Shown in pieces: positions 20,703 through 30,343 of a stretch of 64,000 bases of DNA. The stretch lies in the NCBI GenBank assembly GCA_963674745.2, contig CAXXDV010000003.1, positions 1,024,001-1,088,000 of the forward strand, read 5' to 3'. Made by a program: the position numbers and the translations under genes. The notes under the pieces are model-generated. The model was not told the origin of the DNA. It was given only the letters and a program-made list of their open reading frames with translations, and did not search any database. Positions within the stretch are counted from its first letter, which is position 1. Every line of letters starts with the position of its first letter. The DNA is from Desulfosudaceae bacterium (GTDB lineage Bacteria; Desulfobacterota; Desulfobacteria; Desulfobacterales; Desulfosudaceae).

Positions 20703-21008
20703 AAGGAAGTCGGTTGTGCCTGATTTATAATAGATTGAAAATATTGGAAATTATGATTTTTAAAAAAGTATGCCCCTGTCAGGCATGTTTGTAATTATGA
20801 CGAAGTGTAAAGAAATATGACGGGTGTGAATTTAATTAATTGGGTGCCACGGGCTAACCGGAGGTTGCCCGTGTTTCCCGTAGAAGTTTGATTGCTAATG
20901 AGGGGTATCCCCGCATTAGCGCTAGGTTGTTCTTCAGAATAAACGCTGAACATCGAACATCCAAACCTGTCCCCTTCATCCCTTTCATGTTAAAACAACT
21001 TAGCGGTT

Positions 21009-21151
21009 GTAGGGGCGGCCCCCTGTGGGTGCCCTTTAAGTGGGCGACCACAGGGGGCCTGCCCCTACATTGTTTATGCACGGTTACCACGGTCCGTAGG
21101 GGCCCCTCCTGTGGGTGCCCTTTAAGTGGGCGACCAGCCGGTCGCCCCTAC
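21009..21151. repeat. two GTAG-type REP doublets
   Basis: GTAGGGGC...GCCCCTAC at 21009-21068 and 21096-21151. Confidence 0.8.
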
Positions 21152-21180
21152 GCCTGTGCCCCCAAAGGCAATTCTTAAAG

Positions 21181-21621
21181 TCAGATGTTGCCCCCCCTGC
21201 GCAACAGACTCCTCTGCTCGGCTTTTCGGATCCGCTCGTCCTGCTCATCTTTTCGTTTACGCGCGCCTTCGAGTTTTTCCGTCATCTCCTTTGCATCGGC
21301 AGGCTTGAGCAGATAATCATAGGCGCCCAGCTTCATGCCTTCGACCGCGGTTTCAATGGCACCATGGCCGGTCAGCAGAATGACTTCCACGATGGGGCAG
21401 CGTTTTTTGATCTCTTTAAGGGTCTCAATCCCATCCATACCCGGCATTTTGATGTCCAGTACAACGACATCGACACTTTCCTTTTCCAGCGCCTGGAGGC
21501 ATTCCTGGCCGCTGTGGGCGGTCAACACATTATCGCCGCTTTCTTTCAATCGCAGCGAAAACATCTCCACAAAGTCTTTCTCATCATCCACAATCAGGAC
21601 CTTGGTCGGAATTTTAATCAT
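21181..21621 (-). CDS. single-domain response regulator
   Basis: LIVDDE, LDIKMP, LTGHG, YLLKP. Confidence 0.92.
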   Translation of the reverse strand: MIKIPTKVLIVDDEKDFVEMFSLRLKESGDNVLTAHSGQECLQALEKESVDVVVLDIKMPGMDGIETLKEIKKRCPIVEVILLTGHGAIETAVEGMKLGAYDYLLKPADAKEMTEKLEGARKRKDEQDERIRKAEQRSLLRRGGNI

Positions 21622-22831
21622 TTGGACGGTCTCCTTTAATCCTGTTTAATATATCAGAACAAATATCTTTATTATCCGCCATGGATTCACAGGCCTCCCG
21701 GGTGCGGGGCAGGGTTACCCGGAAATCGGTCTCGCGGCCGATTTGACTGGATACCTCGATTTTCCCACCCAGACGACCGATAATACCGGATGTTACATAC
21801 AACCCCAATCCGGTACCCTTGCCCGGGGGTTTGGTCGTGAAAAACGGTTCAAAAATTTTTTCCAGATTTTCCCTGGGGATACCCGGCCCGGTATCTTTGA
21901 TCGACAGGGTGACCGTGGCATCCGTATGACTCAGGGAAATGGTTATGGTGCCCTCGGTTTCAATGGCCGCCATGGCGTTGGTGATCAGGTTGATCAGTAC
22001 CTGGCGAATGGCGTAGGGGTCACTCCAGATAATACCGTCGGCCCAGTCTGTTTCCTGTACAATTTCGATTTTCCGGTTGGCGGCTTCTTTACGCGCAAAG
22101 TTAACCGTATCCGACACCAGCGCTTTTAAATCGGTTTGCGTAAACATGGTCTCGGGCTGTCGAACAAAGCTCAGGAGTTGATGGGTAATGCGGCTGGCCC
22201 GGTCGATGGCGGATTCGATTTTTCCGATGGCGTTTTCTAAATCCGCTTTACGGGGCAGGGTGGTTTCTTCCATTTTGGAAAGTAACAACCGCACATATTC
22301 CGCGCTCTCCCTGATGATGGCCAGGGGATTGTCGATTTCATGGGCAATGCCTGTTGACAGAGTGCCCAGTGAGACCAGACGTTCGGTGGCCACCATTTGC
22401 TGCTCCATTCTGGCTTTGAATTCGGCTTCCTGTTTTTTCTCTTCTTCACGTCTTCTTTTTTCAACCGCCTGACCGATCTTTTTAACCAGGTGCTCAAATT
22501 CAACCGGTTTGGAAAGATAATCAAAAGCGCCATTTTTGATCCCGTCCACGCCGTCGGCCGTGCAGGCGTGGCCGGTGAGTAAGATAACCTCCGTGTCGGC
22601 ATGGTTTTGCCTGATCCATTCCAGTACTTCATGGCCGCTCATGCCCGGCATTTTTACATCCAGAATCACCACATCCATTGGCTCTGTTGCCATCTGTGCC
22701 CGGCATTCTTCACCGTTTTCGGCCTCGAGGACGGAAAACCCCCTTTTCATGAGCCGTTTTTTCAATGGTGCCCGGAAATCGGCTTCATCGTCCACCAGCA
22801 GCAGGCGTATCTTTTCCACGTATTCAGTCAT
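21614..22831 (-). CDS. cytoplasmic REC-histidine kinase hybrid
   Basis: N-term receiver; [31 protein letters not shown]; start moved to MTEYV. Confidence 0.9.
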   Translation of the reverse strand: MTEYVEKIRLLLVDDEADFRAPLKKRLMKRGFSVLEAENGEECRAQMATEPMDVVILDVKMPGMSGHEVLEWIRQNHADTEVILLTGHACTADGVDGIKNGAFDYLSKPVEFEHLVKKIGQAVEKRRREEEKKQEAEFKARMEQQMVATERLVSLGTLSTGIAHEIDNPLAIIRESAEYVRLLLSKMEETTLPRKADLENAIGKIESAIDRASRITHQLLSFVRQPETMFTQTDLKALVSDTVNFARKEAANRKIEIVQETDWADGIIWSDPYAIRQVLINLITNAMAAIETEGTITISLSHTDATVTLSIKDTGPGIPRENLEKIFEPFFTTKPPGKGTGLGLYVTSGIIGRLGGKIEVSSQIGRETDFRVTLPRTREACESMADNKDICSDILNRIKGDRPND

Positions 22832-22865
22832 AGTTTCAAACCCAAACCTTCGAACCCTGACAAAA

Positions 22866-23050
22866 GGGCACGGCACGCCGTGCCCCTACAACATTTGCGA
22901 ACGACCGGTGAACCTCAAACCTCGAACCTCGCCATTTCCCCCGCGAAGCGGGCCACACCAGGTCTCACATTCCGTTCCCTTAACCACTTAATCACATAAT
23001 CACCTAACCACTTACCCTAAAACCCTAAAATTTTAAAACTTAAAACCTAT
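22866..23050. repeat. single REP plus composite arm (CCCGC-GAA-GCGGG hairpin, TAANCAC and TAAAAC arrays)
   Basis: GGGCACGGCACGCCGTGCCCCTAC, then an arm resembling 41005-41175 and 43274-43455. Confidence 0.75.
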
Positions 23051-23051
23051 C

Positions 23052-24632
23052 CTACACCAATCCCAGTATTTTCCACCATACGGCGGCCACCACTACCAGA
23101 ATACCCAGCAGCAGGGGCGTAGCCACCAGGCCGGCCTTGGTCAGGTCCGATGCCTTGAAATACCGGTAGCTGTAAGAAATCGCGTTGGGCGGGCAACCGA
23201 TTACCAGAAGCAGGGCAAAGGAAGTGGCCATTCCCAGTCCCAGGGCCAGGATGGTCGGGTCGATGCCTTCCATTTGCGCCATGGGGATGACAATGGGCAG
23301 GATCAGGGCGGCCGCGGCCACATTGGCCATGGCATTGGTCACCAGGGCGCCGAAAACACCCATGCCGACGAACAGCACCAGCCAGCCCTTCCCCTGGATT
23401 AGCGGGAAGAAGAGATTGGCGAAATAATCCGCGGCCCCGGAATATCCCATGGCCAGCCCGAGGGAGATACCGCCGCCGAAAATGAACAGGGCGGTTCCCC
23501 ATTCCAGGTTGTCGTTGATATGCTCCCATTTTAAAACACCGAACAGCACCAGCGCAGCCACGCCCAGCATACCCGTGATGGAATAATCAATACCGTGGAT
23601 TCCCTTGGTCAACCACAGGCAGAAGGTCAACCCGATGATGGCCAGGGTTTTGAGTTCGATTGGTGTCCAGGGGCCGACGGCCTCGTCAAAGGTCGGCAGT
23701 TTATATTTGGGATTAGGCCTGAATACCAGGTAAACAATACCGACCGCTGCCGGCACGGTGAGCAGTGCCGCAGGCATGGCATAAAGAATCCACTTGAAAA
23801 AGGTGATTTCCAGGCCGGTGTATTCTTTTAAAAATGCCGCAGAAACCATGCATCGTCCCCCGCCGATCAGCGTACCCATACCGCCGCAGGAACAGGCAAA
23901 CGGCAGTGACAGCATCATGAACTTGGCAGTATCGCTGTGGGGTTCGATCCCGGCCGCCCGCATCATGGGCAGCATGGTCACAATACCGATGGCGCAGGCT
24001 GCTGCGTCATGCATGACGCCCGACGCCCACCCCAATCCTATGGCTATAATAAATGTAAACCGCGTCACGTTATTCCCGGCTTTTTTGATGATAAAATAAC
24101 CCAGTCGTTTGGTCAAACCCGCCTCGTCAAGGGCAATGGCGAAAATCAGGCAACACATGATAAAGATGACCACCGGGTGCATATACGGTGCCCAGGCGTC
24201 TTTTGGGTCAGCGATGCCCATAACCACCAGAAACACGCCGATACAGATGGCCGTTATTTCCAGGGGGATCGGCTCTACCACAAACAGAAAAATCAGCACC
24301 ACCAGCACGGCCAGAAAACGTTTGGCGGTGGGGGACAAGCCATTGACATAATCGATGTTCACGTTCGCGCCGCTGATTTTTTTTGCCTGTTCCTTTAGAA
24401 AAAATCCCGTGGCTTCCGCAGCGCCCGGTGTTTTGGCCGTTAAAACATAGGACCCGTCTTTTGTTGACGGTTCTCCGGTCAATTGAAAGTGGGTATTAAC
24501 CGCCGCGTACAGGGTTTGCTGTGCGTCCCCTGAAATCTTAAACGTCGTCCCTTCCGGTCTGGGCAACATCAGCACAATAGCGCCCAGTAGAATCCCGATA
24601 CAGAGTTTGAATCCATTAGATTTGAAAAACAT
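23052..24632 (-). CDS. SLC13/DASS family permease
   Basis: multi-TM; GGMGTLIGGGR, VIGCPPNAISY. Confidence 0.88.
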   Translation of the reverse strand: MFFKSNGFKLCIGILLGAIVLMLPRPEGTTFKISGDAQQTLYAAVNTHFQLTGEPSTKDGSYVLTAKTPGAAEATGFFLKEQAKKISGANVNIDYVNGLSPTAKRFLAVLVVLIFLFVVEPIPLEITAICIGVFLVVMGIADPKDAWAPYMHPVVIFIMCCLIFAIALDEAGLTKRLGYFIIKKAGNNVTRFTFIIAIGLGWASGVMHDAAACAIGIVTMLPMMRAAGIEPHSDTAKFMMLSLPFACSCGGMGTLIGGGRCMVSAAFLKEYTGLEITFFKWILYAMPAALLTVPAAVGIVYLVFRPNPKYKLPTFDEAVGPWTPIELKTLAIIGLTFCLWLTKGIHGIDYSITGMLGVAALVLFGVLKWEHINDNLEWGTALFIFGGGISLGLAMGYSGAADYFANLFFPLIQGKGWLVLFVGMGVFGALVTNAMANVAAAALILPIVIPMAQMEGIDPTILALGLGMATSFALLLVIGCPPNAISYSYRYFKASDLTKAGLVATPLLLGILVVVAAVWWKILGLV

Positions 24633-24673
24633 GTCTGCTCCTTAATAATTATTAAAAGCCGAAAGAGGCTTTT

Positions 24674-24707
24674 GATGGCTTCGTAAAGATATTTTTACTT
24701 TGCCATC
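24674..24707. repeat. collapsed MITE-like element (TIRs only)
   Basis: GATGGCTTCGTAAA...TTTTTACTTTGCCATC; matches the ends of 38623-38746. Confidence 0.7.
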
Positions 24708-24736
24708 CATATTTTGTAAGAGGCCATCTTTTTGGT

Positions 24737-25189
24737 TCAGCTGGTTTTTTCCCCGGGAGGCTGCGCCTGGCAGGCCTCGTAAATTTTTTTAATCAAATCC
24801 GTCAGTTCACAGGGTTTGGTCAGATAATCATAAGCACCCAGCTTCAGCCCTTCCCGGGCCGCTTCCTGAGAACCGTGTCCGGTCAGCATGATAATTTTCA
24901 TGGAAAGTCCCATTTGGTTGAATATTTTCAATACTTCGATCCCGTCCATGTCCTCCATCTTCAGGTCCAGGATGGCCACGTCAAAATCCTCCCCCCGGAC
25001 CGCCCGGATGGCATCTTTCCCGCTGAAAGCCTTGGTGACCTGGAAATTACGTTTTCCCAGGCGGTTGGCCAGTACATTGACATATCCTTCTTCATCATCC
25101 ACCAGGAGAAGCCGAATGGGGGCCGCCCCAGAAAGATGGGTGTGTGTTTCTACATCCATGCTTTTTCCCTTTGCATGCTGATCTGACAT
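24737..25189 (-). CDS. single-domain response regulator
   Basis: LLVDDE, LDLKME, LTGHG, YLTKP; start codon uncertain. Confidence 0.9.
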   Translation of the reverse strand: MSDQHAKGKSMDVETHTHLSGAAPIRLLLVDDEEGYVNVLANRLGKRNFQVTKAFSGKDAIRAVRGEDFDVAILDLKMEDMDGIEVLKIFNQMGLSMKIIMLTGHGSQEAAREGLKLGAYDYLTKPCELTDLIKKIYEACQAQPPGEKTS

Positions 25190-25243
25190 GGAACCCCGGC
25201 GTTTTTCCGGATTTCGGTTGATATGTCGTTTTTAAATGTCGTA

Positions 25244-25681
25244 TCAGTCATAACCGCGGCTTAAGACCAGTTTGTCGATACGCGCTTTTTCGATTTTGGC
25301 GTCGTGTGACTGTTTTTTTCTGGCCGCCTCATTAACTTTGGAAACCAGCGTGTCGATGTCGCAGGGCTTCATCAGGTAATCAAAAGCGCCCAGCCTCATC
25401 CCCTCGATGGCGGTCTCCACGGTGGCGTGGCCGGTGAGCATGATGACTTCTTTGAGGGGATGCCGTATTTTTATCTCCTTTAACGTTTCAATGCCGTCCA
25501 TGCCGGGCATTTTTACATCCAGGATAATAACGTCGATTGCCCTTTCTTCGTCCAGAAGGTCCAGGGCCTCTTGTCCACTGTGGGCGGAAACAATCCTCAG
25601 CCCCCGCTTGTCCAGACGCTTGGTCATGGTTTCGACAAAGGGCACTTCGTCATCCACCAGCATGATGTAATCCGTTGTCAT
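25244..25681 (-). CDS. single-domain response regulator
   Basis: LVDDE, LDVKMP, LTGH, YLMKP. Confidence 0.92.
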   Translation of the reverse strand: MTTDYIMLVDDEVPFVETMTKRLDKRGLRIVSAHSGQEALDLLDEERAIDVIILDVKMPGMDGIETLKEIKIRHPLKEVIMLTGHATVETAIEGMRLGAFDYLMKPCDIDTLVSKVNEAARKKQSHDAKIEKARIDKLVLSRGYD

Positions 25682-25702
25682 GGTCCTTCTCCTTTCTTTT
25701 CT

Positions 25703-25738
25703 GATGGCTTCGTAAAAACTTTTTTACTTTTTGCCATC
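25703..25738. repeat. collapsed MITE-like element (TIRs only)
   Basis: GATGGCTTCGTAAAAA...TTTTTACTTTTTGCCATC. Confidence 0.7.
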
Positions 25739-25788
25739 CCAATTTTGATTTTTTTGTAGGTTTATCGATTTTAATAATGTTTTCAGCA

Positions 25789-27483
25789 TCATGACTCCTG
25801 AAAAGGGACCCAGATGCGAAAGCGGGCCCCTTTACCGACCGCACTTTGCACATCGATTTTGCCGCCCATTTTGTTGATGATCCCGTAGCAGATGGAGAGT
25901 CCCAGGCCGGTGCCTTTGCCTACCGGTTTGCTGGTAAAAAAAGGATCAAAGATTCGGGGCAGGTTGGCCTCGGGAATACCGGGGCCGTTGTCTTCCACAA
26001 CGATAACGATGTGATCGGGTTCTATTTCACTGACTTTGGTCGATATTTTTATGGTGCCGCCGGTTTTTTCCATGGCGTCCAGGGCATTGTTGATCAGGTT
26101 GAGTAAAACCTGCTGCATCTCAGACGGTGAAATCGTAATATAGGGTAAATTCTGCTGCAGATCGGTTTCGATAATGACCTTGTTGTATTTGGCCATCTGG
26201 CTGGAAAGATTAACAATTTCCGTTATGGTGTCATTGACCTGGACATCTTTGGCAATGGTGTCGGTTTTTCTGGCAAAACTCAGCAGTTTGTGTGTAATCT
26301 CCTTGCACCGCCGACCCTGGGTGTTGATCTGAATCAAGGCCCGCTTAAATTCTTCCAGGTTTTCGCTTTTACCAAACTCTTCTTCTTCGAGCAGGTCGCC
26401 GATCCACCCGGCTTCTTCAACCATGATGGCCACCGGGTTGTTGATTTCATGGGCGATGCCGGCCGCCAATTCCCCGATGGACGCCATCTTACCGGTTTCG
26501 ATGATCTGCTGATTCATGCCTTCTTTTTCTTTGTCTGTCTTGCGGATTCGTTTGACCATGCGCCGGGCCATGTAGATGGACATGAACACAATGGCCGCTC
26601 CACCGACAAGGAAAATGGCAAATGAAATCAATTTCATACGTTTTAGGTCAGCGTAGGCGTCAGCGCTTTTCTGGGTGACAATGAGGAGCCAGTCGCCGTT
26701 TTTAAGGCTGCCCACGGCATATAAGCTGTCTTTTCCGGCAACATCCTTCCGGTGGGTTACCAGGATTTTGTTCCGCGTTTTTTTCACGGCTTCCCAGAAA
26801 TATTCATATTCACTGGTATCCCGGGGTACATCCATGGTCGGCTGGGTCTGAAATTTTCCGGCCCGGTTCAGGATAAAAGCATGACCGGTTTCCCCTACGC
26901 GCAGGTTTTGAACCAGTGAATTAAAAGACATGAAATCAATGGTGGCCCGGACCAGAAACCACCGGTCGGCCTCTTTCTGTTTGACGGTGACGATAAAATG
27001 GGGTGTACCCCGGATGCCCAGAAAGACATCACTGATGTATGAATTGTTTTGCCAGGCTTTTTTAAACCAGTCCGCGTCGGCATAATTGACGTTGGCCAGT
27101 CCATGGGGACCGGCATAGGCAACCTGATCCCCGTTTTCGTCAACGATGCCCAGGTCAACGAAGACGTTACCGTAATCATTGCTGAGGTAGATCAGTTTTT
27201 TCTGGAGGAAATCATTATCGTTAAGTGTTTCAAATGTTTTGGTTATGGCCAGAAAACGAATGTTGGCCAGTTTTTCATTTAAAAAGGTGTCGATCTGCTG
27301 TTTGTGCTTTAATACCAGCTCCGTCAAATGCGCATATGTTTTTTCATGATAGGCCACCGTAAACTGGTGCAGCAGAATGAAAATAACCAGCAGCATGGGG
27401 GCAAAGGAAACCGAAATAACACCTAAAATCATGTTCCGGGAGAGCGACTGGTAATAGTTCTTCTGTTTGCCGTTGGTTGTCAT
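25789..27483 (-). CDS. Cache-domain sensor histidine kinase
   Basis: [34 protein letters not shown]; likely start MTTNGK. Confidence 0.92.
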   Translation of the reverse strand: MTTNGKQKNYYQSLSRNMILGVISVSFAPMLLVIFILLHQFTVAYHEKTYAHLTELVLKHKQQIDTFLNEKLANIRFLAITKTFETLNDNDFLQKKLIYLSNDYGNVFVDLGIVDENGDQVAYAGPHGLANVNYADADWFKKAWQNNSYISDVFLGIRGTPHFIVTVKQKEADRWFLVRATIDFMSFNSLVQNLRVGETGHAFILNRAGKFQTQPTMDVPRDTSEYEYFWEAVKKTRNKILVTHRKDVAGKDSLYAVGSLKNGDWLLIVTQKSADAYADLKRMKLISFAIFLVGGAAIVFMSIYMARRMVKRIRKTDKEKEGMNQQIIETGKMASIGELAAGIAHEINNPVAIMVEEAGWIGDLLEEEEFGKSENLEEFKRALIQINTQGRRCKEITHKLLSFARKTDTIAKDVQVNDTITEIVNLSSQMAKYNKVIIETDLQQNLPYITISPSEMQQVLLNLINNALDAMEKTGGTIKISTKVSEIEPDHIVIVVEDNGPGIPEANLPRIFDPFFTSKPVGKGTGLGLSICYGIINKMGGKIDVQSAVGKGARFRIWVPFQES

Positions 27484-27614
27484 AACATCTTTCCGCAAGA
27501 ATTTATCTGTTGCACAAAAAAAGCCGGATTCCATTGACGCTGTCGGAACCTGACTTTTCCGGATCCTGAATATCGGATCTTGCTTCCGTCGCAATGTTTC
27601 ATGACCTCGTCTAT

Positions 27615-27630
27615 TTCATGAAGCATGCCA
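27615..27630 (-). promoter_or_regulatory. candidate sigma54 promoter (-12 GA variant)
   Basis: minus strand TGGCATGCTTCATGAA. Confidence 0.45.
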
Positions 27631-27852
27631 AAATGTACAATTGTCCGGTTTGCTTTTTCGGGGAAATATGTCGTTCCTTAAGCATTTTTAAAGAAATTAT
27701 ATTAATTTTTAATATAAGTATGTTATTAGTTTAAACATAATATTAAACTTTAACTTTCAGGTTTTCTGCCGGGTAATGAAATCTGTTTGCGGGAAGCCGG
27801 AGGTGTTTTTGTCGATAGGATTGTTTTACAAACTGTAAAAAAAATCGGCACT

Positions 27853-27922
27853 GGTTCGGGGTTCGGGGTTCAAGGTTTGGGGTTTGGGGTTTGGGGTTCA
27901 GGGTTCAGGGTTGGGGGTTGGG
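27853..27922 (+). repeat. G-rich heptamer tandem array, ~10 units of GGTTnnn
   Basis: ggttcgg ggttcgg ggttcaa ggtttgg x3 ggttcag x2 ggttggg x2. Confidence 0.8.
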
Positions 27923-27930
27923 GCGAAGCT

Positions 27931-28110
27931 GTAGGGGCGACCGGCGGGTCGCCCTTACGCATTAACACGGATATTACATTGAGGGGCAACCCCTTGTGGT
28001 TGCCTTTCACCGGGCAGGCACGGGGGCCTGCCCCTACATTGTTCATTGACGCCCGCCACGGTCCGTAGGGGCACCCCCCTGTGGGTGCCCTTTTATCGGG
28101 GCAGGTCTTA
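27931..28110. repeat. REP cluster
   Basis: GTAGGGGCGACC.., GGGCAGGCACGGGGGCCTGCCCCTAC, GTAGGGGCACCC.. Confidence 0.8.
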
Positions 28111-28160
28111 CAGGCTCGTGATGGCGGGTAAAAATCTGTTGAGCCCTGTGATCTGGCGTC

Positions 28161-28189
28161 TTGACATTCAAATGTTATCTCATTATAAA
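28161..28189 (+). promoter_or_regulatory. sigma70 promoter of the pgpA-thpR-recA operon
   Basis: TTGACA-17 bp-TATAAA. Confidence 0.65.
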
Positions 28190-28197
28190 TGCGGGGC

Positions 28198-28650
28198 ATG
28201 AAGATAAAACAACGGTTTATTATGATGTCCGCCACCGGCGGTTATGTGGGAAATCTGCCGGTTGTGCCGGGAACTTTCGGGACAATGGTCGGATTGTTGC
28301 CCGCCTTTGCCCTGTCGCTGTTGGAGAATGCTTATATCGGTCTGGTTTTAATCGTTCTTTTTATTCTGGTGTCGATCTGGATATCCGAACGGGCAGAGCA
28401 GGCGTTGGGGACCGTTGATCCAGGGTGCATTGTAATTGATGAGATTGCCGGCATCATGGTCACGCTCTGGGCGCTGCCGTTTGAATGGCCGGTCGTGTTG
28501 ACCGGTTTTCTGGTTTTTCGCTGCCTGGATATGATCAAGCCCTTTCCCATTCGGCAAATTGAAAAAAATCTGTCCGGTGGTCTGGGGATTGTGGTTGATG
28601 ATGTGGCGGCCGGTGTGGCGGCCCATATTATATTGCGCATCATTTTCTGA
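28198..28650 (+). CDS. pgpA: phosphatidylglycerophosphatase A
   Basis: PGTFGT, DPGCIVIDEIAG, FRCLDMIKPFPI, GGLGIVVDD. Confidence 0.92.
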   Translation: MKIKQRFIMMSATGGYVGNLPVVPGTFGTMVGLLPAFALSLLENAYIGLVLIVLFILVSIWISERAEQALGTVDPGCIVIDEIAGIMVTLWALPFEWPVVLTGFLVFRCLDMIKPFPIRQIEKNLSGGLGIVVDDVAAGVAAHIILRIIF

Positions 28651-29231
28651 TGGCTTTAGAAAAAGATAAAATTCGGACATTTCTGGCTTTTCCTTTGCCG
28701 GCCGATATCCTGGAGGTAATCAGGGATGTCCAGCAGTGCCTGATCGGTCGGGATATCCGGATTTCCTGGGTAAAACCAGAAAACATTCATCTGACGGTCA
28801 AGTTTCTGGGTGAAATCTCCCCGGCTTCAGTTCAGCTGGCGATTCAGGCGGCCGAAACAACCGCTGTCGGTGCTTCGCCCATGGAACTGTCTGTCAAAGG
28901 CCTGGGTGTTTTTCCGGATGCCAGGCGGCCCCGGGTGATCTGGGCGGGTTTGAGCGGCCGGACGCAGTCTCTTATTGACTTTCAGGCCGACCTGGAGGAA
29001 AATCTCGCAAATGTTGGTTTTGAAAAAGAGCGACGCCGCTTTAAGGCCCATTTGACTCTGGGAAGGGTGAAAAAAAAGCTGTCTCCGGTAAAGCTGGTTT
29101 CCGCTTTTGACGCCTGCGGCGGATTTGCTTCCCGATCTTTTGCGGCTGACCGACTGGTTTTATACAGAAGTCAGTTGAGGCCGGAAGGAGCGGTTTACAC
29201 GGCTCTGCAGGCATTTGACCTGGCAGGCTGA
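28650..29231 (+). CDS. thpR: RNA 2',3'-cyclic phosphodiesterase (2H family)
   Basis: two HxT motifs (HLTVKFLG, HLTLGR), PRVIWAG. Confidence 0.9.
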   Translation: MALEKDKIRTFLAFPLPADILEVIRDVQQCLIGRDIRISWVKPENIHLTVKFLGEISPASVQLAIQAAETTAVGASPMELSVKGLGVFPDARRPRVIWAGLSGRTQSLIDFQADLEENLANVGFEKERRRFKAHLTLGRVKKKLSPVKLVSAFDACGGFASRSFAADRLVLYRSQLRPEGAVYTALQAFDLAG

Positions 29232-29281
29232 TGTCTTAAGTTCTGATTTTAACCATATAATTAACACACATGGAGGAGAAG

Positions 29282-30331
29282 ATGAGTAATTCATCCGACA
29301 AGTCAAAGGCAGTGGAAGCCGCAATGACGCAGATCGAGCGCCAGTTCGGCAAGGGGTCGATCATGAAACTCGGTGCCGGAACAATTATTAGAATACCGTC
29401 CATATCGACCGGTTCGCTGGCCCTGGACAAGGCCCTTGGTATCGGCGGTATTCCCCGGGGAAGGGTTACCGAGATATTCGGGCAGGAATCATCAGGAAAA
29501 ACGACCCTGGCCCTGCACACAGTGGCAGAGGCCCAGCAGCTCGGCGGAATCGCCGCTTTTGTAGATGCCGAGCATGCCCTTGATGTGGCTTATGCCAGAA
29601 GGCTGGGGGTAAACTGCGATGAGCTGCTGGTCTCTCAGCCGGATACCGGCGAACAGGCCCTGGAGATTGCCGATATGCTGGTCAGAAGCGGTGCGGTTGA
29701 TATCCTGGTAATCGACTCCGTGGCCGCCCTGGTTCCCAAGGCGGAGATTGAAGGTGAAATGGGTGATTCTCACATGGGGCTCCAGGCGAGGCTCATGTCC
29801 CAGGCACTTCGTAAGCTGACAGGTGTAATAGGAAAAACAAATACTTGTATTATATTTATTAACCAGATACGTGAGAAAATAGGCGTCTTCTTTGGCAATC
29901 CTGAAACCACTACCGGAGGTAACGCACTGAAGTTTTATTCTTCGGTCAGGTTGGATATTCGGCGCAGCGCGGCCATCAAGGACGGTCAGGAGGTGATCGG
30001 CAACAGGGTCAAGGTCAAGGTCGTCAAGAACAAGGTGGCCCCGCCGTTCAAAAATATTGAATTTGATATCATGTACGGCGAAGGCATCTCCAAAACCGGC
30101 GAGTTGCTCGATATCGGGGTTGAGCAGAATATTATTGAGAAAAGCGGGTCCTGGTATTCCTATAATAATGAACGCATCGGTCAGGGCCGGGAGAATGTCA
30201 AGCAGTACTTTGCCGAGAACCCTGATGTTTTTAAAGAATTGTATTCAAAAGTAAGGGACAGCCTCGGTCTCGGCAGTCCCGTGGAGAAAACCGCGGAACC
30301 GGAGACGGAATCGGAACCGGAAAAGAAATAA
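29282..30331 (+). CDS. recA: recombinase A
   Basis: [49 protein letters not shown]. Confidence 0.99.
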   Translation: MSNSSDKSKAVEAAMTQIERQFGKGSIMKLGAGTIIRIPSISTGSLALDKALGIGGIPRGRVTEIFGQESSGKTTLALHTVAEAQQLGGIAAFVDAEHALDVAYARRLGVNCDELLVSQPDTGEQALEIADMLVRSGAVDILVIDSVAALVPKAEIEGEMGDSHMGLQARLMSQALRKLTGVIGKTNTCIIFINQIREKIGVFFGNPETTTGGNALKFYSSVRLDIRRSAAIKDGQEVIGNRVKVKVVKNKVAPPFKNIEFDIMYGEGISKTGELLDIGVEQNIIEKSGSWYSYNNERIGQGRENVKQYFAENPDVFKELYSKVRDSLGLGSPVEKTAEPETESEPEKK

Positions 30332-30343
30332 TGAGGCGTGTTG

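Noticed and set aside
20854..21178. Short ORFs containing VGAGPRACP/GRPP-type peptides (also at 27870, 40826, 43039, 43170)
   Set aside because: Translations of REP DNA, not genes.
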